From NCBI GenBank assembly GCA_002633005.1, contig NMRA01001027.1, positions 1 to 64,000 of the forward strand: a DNA stretch of 64,000 bases. Direction: 5' to 3'. Below are positions 25,138 to 36,952 of this stretch, in pieces. The position numbers and the translations under genes are program-made. Position 1 is the first letter of the stretch, and each line of letters begins with the position of its first letter. The notes below the pieces were generated by a model that was not told where the DNA came from, did no database searches, and saw nothing but the letters and a program-made list of their open reading frames with translations. The stretch comes from Phoronis australis (Eukaryota; Animalia; Phoronida).

Positions 25138-26106
25138 TGTTATTTTCCTTCCATACATTTTCGTCTTCCAGGACGTACTACAAGTGCCTTGTCTAGCTTG
25201 TCCTGAATATATCATCGGTGGCCCGATTTATGGAAGGTTGTTCGCTTAGTCATAGCTGAGATTGCTTTTGGCACAGGATTACGAACATGATGCTGTGTGT
25301 CTTAGAAGAACAAAACATTGCTGCTGACGCAAACTTGACCACAGTATTCTAACACTAAGCCAACCCTGACTTAACTGGGCCATAGCATTTTAGCCTTAGT
25401 ATCAAGGTAATCAAATTGCAAATTTATCGATTTTGACATTCGGTGTTACAGAGGTAACTGATTGGCAATTCGTATTCACTCACCAAAATCTCCATAATTA
25501 TTATCTAACTTCACAAACTGCATTTAAGAAAGTAAAAATACAAGTCAGTCTCAGCTATGACCAGACCAAGAGCCTTTCGTAAAATGAGTCATGGAATTGT
25601 AAAAATGGGTATCGTATCCATATTGCAGTCTGATAGGCATAATTGTATTAATGACCCTTGTTACTTGCGAATTTGTTTCTTTGCAAAGATAATTGTTACG
25701 GTATTTTTGGTATCCTTTACATATGTTGTTAAATTTTTCTGTGGAGGCATTGCACATTTTTTAAATAGCATTGCACTATTAAGTTATTATTATTATTATT
25801 ATACTAGAAATACTGTTGTTGAGATAAAATTTCAGTAATTGTTGGTTTTACTGGTTGTGTTGTGAATGTGATTAATATTGTTTGTGAGATTAATAACTGA
25901 TAATTGTTATATTGGTAATTCTGGTGTTAGACCAAAGTAATAACAGAATATGGATAGCATAACAAGAGATTTGGCAATAATCGATGTCATATTTACAACA
26001 TATTCACTCAGATGTTTCATTTTAATCAAAACATCAAACCTTCATGAAATCAAATCTAGCCTTAACTCCCGCCATTATTTTTTCATTTCTCTGTTCATTT
26101 TGACTC

Positions 26107-26235
26107 TGATTGGTTATTTGCATTGTTCACCTTATTGGTGATTGGTTGTTTGTGTTCGTCTTACTGGTGATTGGTTGTTTGTATTGGTCATCTTTCTGAT
26201 GATTGGTTAATATTTCCATTGTTCACCTTACTATG
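26107..26235. repeat. ~30-32-bp minisatellite, four units each starting TGATTGGTT
   Basis: Four imperfect tandem copies visible. Confidence 0.75.
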
Positions 26236-29092
26236 TTTTGTTTCCATCGATGTATATATTGTAGATATGACATAGATGAAAGCGTTTATTTGCTTTCTAT
26301 ATTGATTGTTATTGTTCCACTTGAAGGTGTGAATGTTATGAAACTCCTATTATTGGAGATAATTACTACCAAACCATTAAACTGGTGTGATGATTAATAG
26401 AAAAACCACATTCGTCTGTGTTATAATTATTATTGAATATTGATTGTCTTGTTTCTAAACTGAAGACTGTAAAAGCATAAGTTAAGCTGCTATAAACTGG
26501 TCCTCCATTAAAAGCTGTTTTAAATCATTTTTCATTGCTTGGATTAAAAGTTATTTCTGGTCTTCAGGAGAATTTACAGATGATTATTGCTTGAATGCCT
26601 TACTCGGTACATAACTTGACATGCTATGGCAAGCCAACATTTCGAGCCTGGTTTCAAACAACGAATTACCGTTGTTTCCCACACCAGATTTCTCTTTTCA
26701 TCCGAATAGGCAACGAGTTTTGACCAATTTTTAATGTTAGCTTGTCTGAACCAAAAGCCATTTTTGACAGCAGGCAGGTTTATAGCAGATTTCAAGGTTT
26801 ATTTATTATAAAGTTCTTGAAGCATGAACGTTTGTAGGCTCTGCGCTTGTTGGTTATAGTACAGTACACTTCGAAAGGCTGCAGGGGGCAGTGGCTAACG
26901 GATTATGTATCAATCATCTATACCCATACCCCTGCCGTCTGTACCCATACTCCTGCCGTCTGGGTAATGCTTACAGTCAAAAAGTATTTTGTGAATTGTA
27001 TGATAGCTTGCACATTTTGATCAAACTGGACTTTTGAGTAGTATGTTTAGCAGAGTGCACTGTTTTTGTATCTCTGAGGCATGTTGTGATGGATATGTGT
27101 ATATGTATAGAACGCCTTGGTGACTAAAGTCAGTGGCAGAATGTTTATCTTTTGATTTTTTGAATAGTTATAGTTTTTTTAAAAATATGGATAATTTTTA
27201 TTGCCTGAAGGCCAGTCAATGGAGATTTAATAGGTTCTGTAGTCGGTGACTTTCAAGTAGTCGTGTTAGATATTTAGGAAATGGTGTGCTTGTGTGTGCT
27301 TGCGTGTGTGTGCTTTATTTTAGTCATATGTTGAAGCTGCTGTAATTCATGATAAAAATTAACTTCTTCACTCTTGATCTTTGAAAGCCGAATATACACC
27401 CATAGACGTACTTTTTGAGTGGACCTATTTTCAGAAATTCTTGGTAATGGTCGTGACAAGTCAACTTAAGGAGCCTGGTTTGAAGCAATCATTGAGCGTC
27501 TCAATCTGAGCAAGGGTCAATAGGAAACCCGACTTATAACTGTAGTAGTCCAGTCATGTGCTGTAAGCTCTTGACAAAACTGGCCTGTTAAGGAAATTAG
27601 ATTTAATTTGTTACTTGTTGTACCAATGTGGTGTCAAGTGAAGTCTATGAACTGGTAGCTAAGCATATTGTTGTTATTCATTTGTTGAACTCTTGGTCAA
27701 TGCAATTCTTTTGTTTGTTTTGTTGATGAAAGGAAATCATTTTTCGGTAATTCTTCACCTATTTGGCACACAGTATAATCGACTTGTGAATGTTGTTTTA
27801 TTAAATTTATCAACAGAAATGAAAATTAAGAAAATTCTAGTTCATTTTTGGCTAGGCCTGTACTATGTAGATGTCGTCAGGCAACAAAATTTTTGCTATT
27901 AGTTTTGGAGAAAGTATTAATAATTGGACTTGGATAAATAAAAAATGACGATTCTGGCAGTTATTTGTGTGCGAAATTTGTAGAAAATCACTGTATTAGT
28001 AATTTGGTAGGGAAGTGATTGCAATGTTTTTATAGAATCATGCTACTTGCTTCTTGAATATTTAATAATTAGACTGTGGTCAAGATTGTCAAATGTTGAA
28101 GAATAAGTGAAAAATAAAATCAAATGAATTCCTTGCTGCGTTTACTAAGAGTCTGTTGAGAACAAAAGGTTTTTGGCTTTAACAGTAACAGAAAAATTAG
28201 AAATATTGGTTTTACGTTTAAATACATTGAGGTTTATGTGCAGCATATGTATATATGCGCGCGTGTGCTTAATACAAACACTCTTTGATGTTATTTCTCA
28301 TTTTTCTGTTACTGAGAGTAGTTCACGAAACCTACAAATTTCTGGTGCTGTGCAACTAGTTGTAGTAATGGACCGAAGCTTTTGTTTGGCAAAATGATGT
28401 GCATTTTGTGCTCTAGTGGGTTGCATTCAACTGCATGTTTGGTTCAATTGTCAGACAAGCTGATAGCAGTTCTCTGTTAAATATTTATTAATAAACAACA
28501 TTATCACAAGCATAACCAACAACCTTAACATTTAACAATCAAAATCTTAACAGTGCAAAAATCAAATGTCATTCAGCATTACTTATTACACACACTCTCC
28601 GATACTGCTGTCCTCTGATGGGCTAAAACGCGACATACCTTCTGCTTTGAGGTGATGTCGACTTGCCAGCTGTAATTAATCATTTTTCATCCATACTGCC
28701 CCGGACATCATATGTCGCTGTTTGTAAACTGACAAATTACTGGCTTTAGAAGCCATAAATTCCAGACTGAATAAACAAAGTGAGAAGACGACAGTAGCAA
28801 AGCAGGTAAAAAACAACAAGCCAATTTAACAAAGAAATCGAGGAAAAAAGCATCGGTAGTCGTGCAATATTTACAACAGAGATCGATCCTTTGAGGATAT
28901 TTGGTCATATATATGCGAGGAGAGTAACCAATGTTGTCCGTCCTCAGTCTCTACCCTCCAGCATGCTTTCCCTCTGCCTTTCGCCCATATAACCTGATAT
29001 TACCCTCGAGATCTATCACATGAACATTTAATATATAAATATCAAATACGGCACTAAATGTTCATAACATAATTACCAGTCTCCTTGTAATC

Positions 29093-29193
29093 CATGGCTT
29101 GGAATTTTCCTCTTTTAAGAGGATTTCCTCTTTTTTGGTTTTGATTTTCTCTTATTTGATTAACTCTTTTGTTATTGGTCATTCTAAGCCTTG
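29093..29193. mobile_element. short derivative of the hAT-like MITE family at 22658-23144
   Basis: CATGGCTTGGAATTTTCC ... TTGTTATTGGTCATTCTAAGCCTTG matches both ends of the larger copy. Confidence 0.7.
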
Positions 29194-29909
29194 ATAATAC
29201 CCTCAGCCCCACAATCTTCGCTGGTGTTTGCGTCTTATTGAATCAAAATGAAACCACAAGCCAGTTCCAAGCCAACACCTTTCAAATCACCGTGATAAAA
29301 ATTCATGATTGTTGTGAAAGTTTTTTCATAAAATCTTTGACACTTTGATGCTTCAATAATGAAATCTCGTTATTTCCAGTATCAAGATTAAATCCTTAAA
29401 ACTACAACAAATCGCATGCTGCCAGTTCACAGCGCATCTGGGAAAATTATTTTAAAGCATTTCCAATTATTCAAACTCTTAACTAGTATCGGCTTCAAAT
29501 TTTCACAGCCTAAGCTGAAGCTAACACATTTTGGATAACAAAAATGAATAGGAGTTCACTTATAACTATTAAAACTTACAATTACTAAAATCAAATTTGT
29601 ACCAAGACGTCTAGTAAACAGAGCTGTATGATACATTTCTTATACAGAGACTGCCACACTAAATAAAAAAAATACATGAAGCCTAAAGTCTTGATGTTTG
29701 TTGTAACTCTCCTAACTACACACTGCCAGTGCATTCTGATTCACACTGATGATGGTTATGTCAGAGATGAATGCGTCGAGTGTACATACAATGAACAGAG
29801 AGCTTGTTAAATACTTAATACGATGCATTGAGTAGATACCTTAGTGATCCATAGTTACGTCACATGTCTTAATAATTATCTCTGTCCCGACAAGGGCCAT
29901 GGTGTGAAT

Positions 29910-30309
29910 AGGGCCGTCCCGGATTACACAGGGACACTCGAATCTCGCTGTATTTACCTACAATGCCGTAAACATCCGTCAGGCACATTTTCTGCCTCGT
30001 TTTCAGGCCACTGGAGTTCCACATTTTATTTGTTGATGTCCGATTCTTTACAAGTTTCTTGATTGCATTACTCTATCCATCCTTCCAATGCCAACAAAGT
30101 ACTATTGCTGTGCAGTGGGCTGCAACTCCGATGTGAGAAACTTTGACAAACTGGGCAAACACCCGTGGATGCATGACCTGAAATTCTTCACCTTCCCGAC
30201 ATCAAGCACGACAGAACCCCAAAAATGTGTCCGATTTCTAAAAGGTCACGCGCTTTCTTATCTCCGGGACAAAGGAGAGTCCTATCACCGCGTAATCCAG
30301 GACTGCCCT
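29910..30309 (+). mobile_element. non-autonomous DNA transposon with truncated THAP-domain ORF (ISL2EU/Harbinger-like)
   Basis: at|AGGGCCGTCCCGGATTAC ... GTAATCCAGGACTGCCCT|at inverted ends; internal MPTKYYCCAVGCNS...LKFFTFP is the N-terminal half of a THAP zinc finger. Confidence 0.7.
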
Positions 30310-31699
30310 ATTACATGGTAGCAATTCAAGCATGCACGTGTGTAATATTGAAACATGGTAAGATATTATTACTCACAAAGATTTTGATATTAATCTGTCT
30401 TGAAAATCAAGAATATTGAATTTCCACTCCGCCGGCGTTTTCGGTATCCCAGAATTTAGAGCTGACTGTCCCAAAGTGTAGAATGTTCACTGTAATTGGA
30501 TTGCATTGCCATTGCTAAAATTGTAATAGAATATTTTTACACTCATAAAATAGTATGACCTATACATAAGTTTTTGCAGACCAATTGCATCATGTGCAGT
30601 TTTGAAATTGATCTTTCGAACATTCTATAAAAGTTAACCTGAACTCAGGAGATCCTCATCACAAATTTAAAATAATAAATTATGTAAAGCAACATGAAAC
30701 CAAATTTAACAATCATGCAAATACATCACTAAAGGTCAGATTTTAGAAGATATCAGTATTTGCTGATTGTGAGAACATTTTATTCCTTTACTACAAGAAA
30801 ATGATTCATTTGCACACTAGTGGATGAGATAACGTGTACTGTTCATCCAGAGTAATTCAGCAAAGTTCTCGGAACATCAAAGGATTGATGGCATCGTCAC
30901 AGATTGAAGTGAGCTTAACTGTCACATGGTTGCCTGAATGTGCTGGATGACTCGGAGATAATTGCAGACGTAAACCAACACTCCTGTTTCTGTACAAAAT
31001 TTAGAGTCAAAAAGACAAACAATAATAAAGCAAACGACCAACATGACTGAGTAAATAGGTTTTCTTCAGGGTTGCGGCTAAGCCACGAGCATTAATTTAT
31101 GAATCGATTAGGATGGGTTAGTCTGGCTTAGGCCCACTTAGGCGTTGGGGTAACAAAACCCCAAATGTTAGCATAAGTAGGAATTGCCCCGTGTGAAACG
31201 TGTTCAGTCTATCATGACATCTTTGCATATCATTACTGACGAAATCAACAAAATAGTCAAAACATCTAGGAATGATTTCTTCTGAACCAATCTATGATTA
31301 GTGCAACAAGCACCTGGGAACAACCAATAATATTAGTTGACCACTGATACTTCTTGCCTTTGCTAAAACACATTATAGTGAGGTGATGGAGACAGTTTTT
31401 GCTATTCAGGCGCGTGAACAGCGCAAACACACTGCAGAGACCATAAACACCTGACTGTGTAAACGACGCGAGCAGGTAAGCACATCAAAGCAGGCAAGAC
31501 TGAACATATATGCCCATCTAATAGACACCAAGCTAACTGGAATGGGAGGAAAAAGCATCAGTGGTCATATAAGGAAACAAATATCCACGGATTCCTTGGT
31601 CATGGAGCTCGGGAGATTGTTGCTCTCCACTCCCTCGGTCCATTGATATATCGCTCTCCGGATCAACCCATACTCGATTACAGTTGCCTACAAAACGTT

Positions 31700-32002
31700 T
31701 TAGAGATTTGTTGACTCAACGGCAGAGCGTTGCTCTTTCACCTTGGGAGCAGCAACATTTCCATCAGGGATTGAAGTATTGCTCTCCAGAACGTCATCCG
31801 AGCTGTCAAAAACTGGATTCTCATACGCATAACTGCCAACAACAGGTACCGAGCAAATACTTGAGCTTTCTGACAACTTGTTGTAGGCTCCTACAGTCTT
31901 GCTACCCTCCAAAGAGGTCATGTCCTGCTGACCTTTTGCCTCATGAGATGGTATGAGTTCAACAGTGCTGGCCTGGCTGTCCAGCGGTGGTCTTCCATAA
32001 GG
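31700..32002 (-). CDS. type I membrane glycoprotein, terminal exon: cytoplasmic tail (PYGRPPLD...YAYENPVF...ESTNL*)
   Basis: ttgcAG acceptor, only phase 0 is open, matches phase-0 end of exon 45321-45435; linkage across an ~12-kb intron is inferred. Confidence 0.7.
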   Translation of the reverse strand, partial: PYGRPPLDSQASTVELIPSHEAKGQQDMTSLEGSKTVGAYNKLSESSSICSVPVVGSYAYENPVFDSSDDVLESNTSIPDGNVAAPKVKEQRSAVESTNL

Positions 32003-33170
32003 CTGCAACGAAATATATCAACCACACTGATTAGAATTTTTCATCCAGAAAATCTTGAACTATGTGTTTTGATCAATTTCCTACAATAGGCCTGGTTAGT
32101 ATAATGTGCTGGGTCATGAATTTAACTTGACAGTTTTCCAAGTTAATTGCTGTCTTTTTATACATATCAGGACATACAGTTGTGTAAGAACTTTCAATGG
32201 CTAAATACAGTTCAAATTCCTTTTCTTGGTTTACCTTCTACCTAAATAGCAAAAACACTAAACAGTTCCTGTCATTAAGCTCCATGATCGAAACTTACAG
32301 TCCCCTCCATGTGAAACATTGCTTAAAAAAATTATGTGAATATTTGCTCATCATATTTTAAAGACAGCCAGAGGATTCCTTCAGACACTAAAGTGGTTGC
32401 CAACATGGATTTCACAGCAGCAATCAATAGATGTCACTACTGTTGACAGAGGACAATTGGCATGGTATGGTCTAAGAGCCAAAATAAGTCTGAACATTAA
32501 ACGGAACCAACCGAGGTAGAACATTAGCTAGTCAGGTCTGTAAAGGGTTACGACGTAACAGTTTTGGACAAATTTGACCGAAACTGACAACAAAATCAAA
32601 CTCAGTAGTTCTCTAGTTATTGGAGACTAAATCTTGAGTATGCCTCGATTTAGACATCATTGTCCCCTGAAGAGGAATGCAAATGGGAAGTTTTGGTTCT
32701 ACAAAGAGTTATATAGCCATACATGAATATCAGACTTGGACAGACTGAAAAAGTGGGCATGAGCCGTCTTACGCCTTTTGTTGCAGTTTTTATTGCCCAT
32801 TTTTCCACACATGATTAATGATAAGTATATTTACCAAAGATAAAAAATCATTGACTCACAAGCTTCAGTTTCCAGAGATAAAAAGTAGAGCAAGGTTGGC
32901 CAAATAACATCACTTATTATGACAAAATAGAAGTACAAAGAATAAGACAGAAAATAAAACAGGTAATAAATAATAATCACATGACGGATGAGGCACAAAA
33001 AGGGGACAAAAATGAAAAAGTGACCATGGAGGTTAATGTGGGCAACTTGAACAGGGAATTGAGCCCATAACAGCTGCATCACTGACACAAGCAAATTGAC
33101 TGAAACATGTGAGTTTACAAACAAAGGAAATTCTTAGACACATGACAGTCATCAGCCCTTGAAAGTCTTA

Positions 33171-33329
33171 CCGTAATCGTTCGGGTTAACGCCCTGGGCG
33201 GTTAAATTGGCGAACCCAAAAAATCGGGGGAGGGCGGTTAACCGAGCAGTGGGCGGTTAAATCGGAAATCCACTTAAAGTCGGGGATGGGCGGTTAACTG
33301 AACATGGGGGTTAACCCGAACGATTACGG
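33171..33329. mobile_element. young Tc1/mariner-type MITE
   Basis: Perfect 20-bp TIR CCGTAATCGTTCGGGTTAAC, TA flanks, four internal GGGCGGTTAA motifs. Confidence 0.9.
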
Positions 33330-34620
33330 TAGAGCTGACTAAACTTGTGGGACTTGGTAACACAGAACTATAAGATGGCTGGAAACAAGGGGGGGGGGGT
33401 GTAAAGTAAGAATGGTCCATACGCTAACATAAATATATTTAACGAGTGAAATACAATTTATAATTGGCATATGTAGCAAAGATACAAAATGCGAGTCACA
33501 AGCAACAGTTCCAGAGACGAAAAAGAGGTACGGGTAATGGTGAAATAACATCGTTATTACGACAAAATAGTACGAAGAATAAGACTGAATTAACATATAA
33601 TAGGTAAAAATAACAATCTCTGCAAAAATAGGCAATAAAAGCGTAACAAGAAGAGAACTGTTGCCAGAAAGCTCATCCTCGTGACCTATGTCCAATATAA
33701 ATAGCCTGATCAGATGTCCTAAATCTATATAATATAATGTTTTAATTTGGTAAAACCAGATTATGATACAAATTCCTCACTACAGGTAAAAATAATTGTT
33801 AAAATTACTATTTTCATTCTATTTTTTCAGTGTCATCGATGCAAAATAGCCAACTCAGTGGTATTATTAGAAAGCACATATTCAAAACTAAAAAATATTT
33901 CACGTCTCCCTTAATAAAAAGTGGTTATTAACCCACCCAAATATGGTAAGATGTTGCATAAACTGATTTTTTGTTACACAAACATGAGTGAGTAACGTAG
34001 GTTTTCATTCGGCACTCTGGTGGTAATTTCAAGGTGAAAAATTAGCACCTGATTATCTCCGATTCACGTGCACACCCACCATCATAAATAAAAGCAGAAC
34101 CATTGTCAAGTGTCGTTAGCAGGGATGAGTGCAGTAGGGTAATACAACTCCCCACTCTCCTGTAGGTATGGTAAAAGAACCTTCAGACCTTGTTCTTGAT
34201 ATTAGTGGTATGCAGTTAAAAGTGACGGGTTAAACAAACATTCAGTCCAGTTTACATGTCTGGGCCAAGCTTTTAGGAACAGTCAGTACAACTATCTAGT
34301 CCTAGAATAAACAAGTTTCCTGAGAAACCCCTAACTTGAATCCTACAGGATGAATCCAGCAATCATAGTCTTTAAGCCAAAGCGCTCAAGCCACGCTGCT
34401 TATTCAGGCATAGGAGACCTGAGCTGTTAGCAACATCAGTTGAAGGTAACTGCATAAGGGTGTCACCAGGAAAACACGAGTGTACGTGATAGATTGGACG
34501 ATAACGGATTTCATTGTGCTGTAGTTAGCAACCCGGCATTATGTGTAGACCATGAACTAACCAGAAATTCCCTAATGGCTGGCTGTGAACTAAGTTACAA
34601 CTAAGTTACAACCAAGTTTT

Positions 34621-34741
34621 TGGCAATAGTCAGTTGCAATCGTCCCCGTATTTTGATAACCAGTTTTCTTCATTGAGTAGTGCATAATGGGCATCGAAAC
34701 TGGTTCTCAAAATGCAGTCATGTTATATCCGGCTATTGCCA
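34621..34741. mobile_element. hairpin MITE, older copy of the family at 60061-60178
   Basis: TGGCAATAG...CTATTGCCA ends and shared AAACTGGTTCTCAAAATG core. Confidence 0.75.
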
Positions 34742-36829
34742 CCTTTTTTGTTCATAATTAATCTGGTAGCAAATGACCAACAATTCACGATATTTTCAGA
34801 GGTTCAAAGAGCTTAAATGAGACTTTAGATTCTGAAAAAATGAAACTCAAATTTCACAAATTGATAATGAATAAGCTATTTTTATTTTCAAGCTGTGGTG
34901 AAGGCAACAGTCTGAAGTACTGCAGTACACAGGATTGGTGAATATACAGTAAAAGTTGGAACAATAAATGCTAAAATTGTCATTTTGTTATTTTTCTATG
35001 GCTAAATTACAACTCTACATATTAAATTTACAAAATCTTCGATAACATCAGACTAAAATTTTCTATTTTTGTTCAGAAATTAGACAACATATCAATTAAA
35101 TTCCACTTGTGCACCATGTTGTGTCCCAAACATATTTTTACCATATACTGCAAAATTTTAACATAATTTATGGTATAACAACTCGTGATTTATGAGAACG
35201 AGCTATGAATTAGCAAATAAAGGAAAGAAAATACAGGAACACGAAAATCAAGGCTAAGCAGTTAGTCACTGAAGGACTACGTGACATCCTCTTTAAGGTC
35301 AATGAATCTGATAAGAAATTCAGTTAATTTTGCCGCCCATATAAACCTAGTGCTGTCTTAATGTTACCACTTGTTGACATTCCAGGACATTTCCAGGGTT
35401 GCTGTTGAAATAACATCAGTTCCAATTAAAGTTCAAGCCATATACTTGCACTGCTAGATATTTTGGACAAATATTGTGCAGCTCCGTGAAATGGTAATGA
35501 GTTCAAGTAGAAAACAATCTCAAACTGCAATAAAACAAGTTTGAGGTGATAATCAAAAACAAATAATTAGTGAAAAAAACCCGTACATAACGAAAATTTA
35601 GAGAACCAAACTTGCTGTCTAAAAAGTTCTAATTAACGTCATTTTCCATAGCAAAGATTTTTTACATCAGGCGGTTTCTTTGATTTTGCGCACAACTCAA
35701 CTTCACCCAAACCCTGTTGCGACTGATAGAGAAGATTGTACCCTTTGGGTATGGAATTCCCCCCTTGGTTTGATTGGCTCATGTCACACACCACCATTGC
35801 TCGACTTAATGAAACATTGTTTCTATGTACCTATTTTTGTTGTTCCGGTGCGTGTATCTGCCTTCATCACAAAACATTTGGACTTCGTTTTTTAATCATT
35901 CACATTGCCCCAGAAAAACTTACTGCAGTTAAATCTAATGTGTTCACCGTAGCCAGTCCTTCAGCACAGTGTTTAAAGTTACATGAGCCGTGTTGTTAGA
36001 CAATAACCATAGGGAACCTGTCTGGTGATGACTCCTCAAACACAATGAGTTTCAGTATTTCCCTTAATGAAATATGGTATATATTTGATTTCTTGGCAGT
36101 GACGTTATCACTGTCTTGTGGAACTTCCTGATTATAAAGCCTCGGACTTATTGGTGAAGTTCCTGGGGCCATTCCTGAATATAAGATGGGAAGTTCAAAA
36201 TGGGTAGGTGACATGGTCTTATGGCAAAGAAATGTGCTTCATGAGACTGAGGAAATATGACTAACTGCGACTTTCTCTTTACTGGGATTTGATGCTGACA
36301 TTCTATAAAACTAAGTCTGTTTTTGTTTTTATGACCTTGATACTGATGACAAAAACATGATGTAGAATCTTACCAATTTTGGACAAAAACTGGCTTCACC
36401 TCTATGAAAATGGCAAAGAATTAATTTTATGCAAACTTTATGCAAATTATTGATTATAAAGATTTTAAGGTTACATAAGACATCAGTGTTTTTAGTAAAA
36501 AATCTACAAAACTATACATTTTAACTTAATAAAATAACATAGCTTCTAAAACTAGAAAGCCTGCAGAATTTAATTTTTGACTTAAATAATACTAATAAGC
36601 TATTACCTAGGTCTCGTAAAAATATCTTTTCGTAAAATTTACCAAAAAAGAAAGGTTCATCAATAACGAAACAATGGTATAACCAACATGATCAACGGGA
36701 TCAACGTGATCAAATTTCATAAAAATGTTCTTGATGAAATCTCAAAAACTGTTAACTATTTTCTAAATTATCATTTCATTTTTGTTTCATGCAATTTCCG
36801 AGTTTTTTTCATAAAAATTTTAACAAGTT

Positions 36830-36952
36830 CCTCACGTAAAAGTGGAGCAAAATATTCCTAACAGAACTGTGGAGACAATGCACAAAGCATGGTATCTGAA
36901 AGTTTCATATCAATCCGATCAGGCATTTATGAGATGTGTTCCATAAGTTTGC
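36830..36952. repeat. dispersed repeat similar to 59752-59875
   Basis: Shared CCTCA..AAAAGTGGA..ATTCCTAAC..GTATCTGAAAGTTTCA..AATC..TGAGAT blocks in the same order. Confidence 0.6.

Noticed and set aside
25172-25236. Possible extra exon after the START stop
   Set aside because: Good acceptor but weak donor, no recognisable peptide, and the START domain is already complete
27503-27535. CTGAGCAA-GGGT...ACCC-GAC hammerhead-like motif
   Set aside because: Lacks GAAA and the G8 position; no stem I
30853-30990. Alternative terminal exon on the minus strand (NRSVGLRLQ...FRELC*)
   Set aside because: Short open frame with no motif support; could be chance within the 3'UTR
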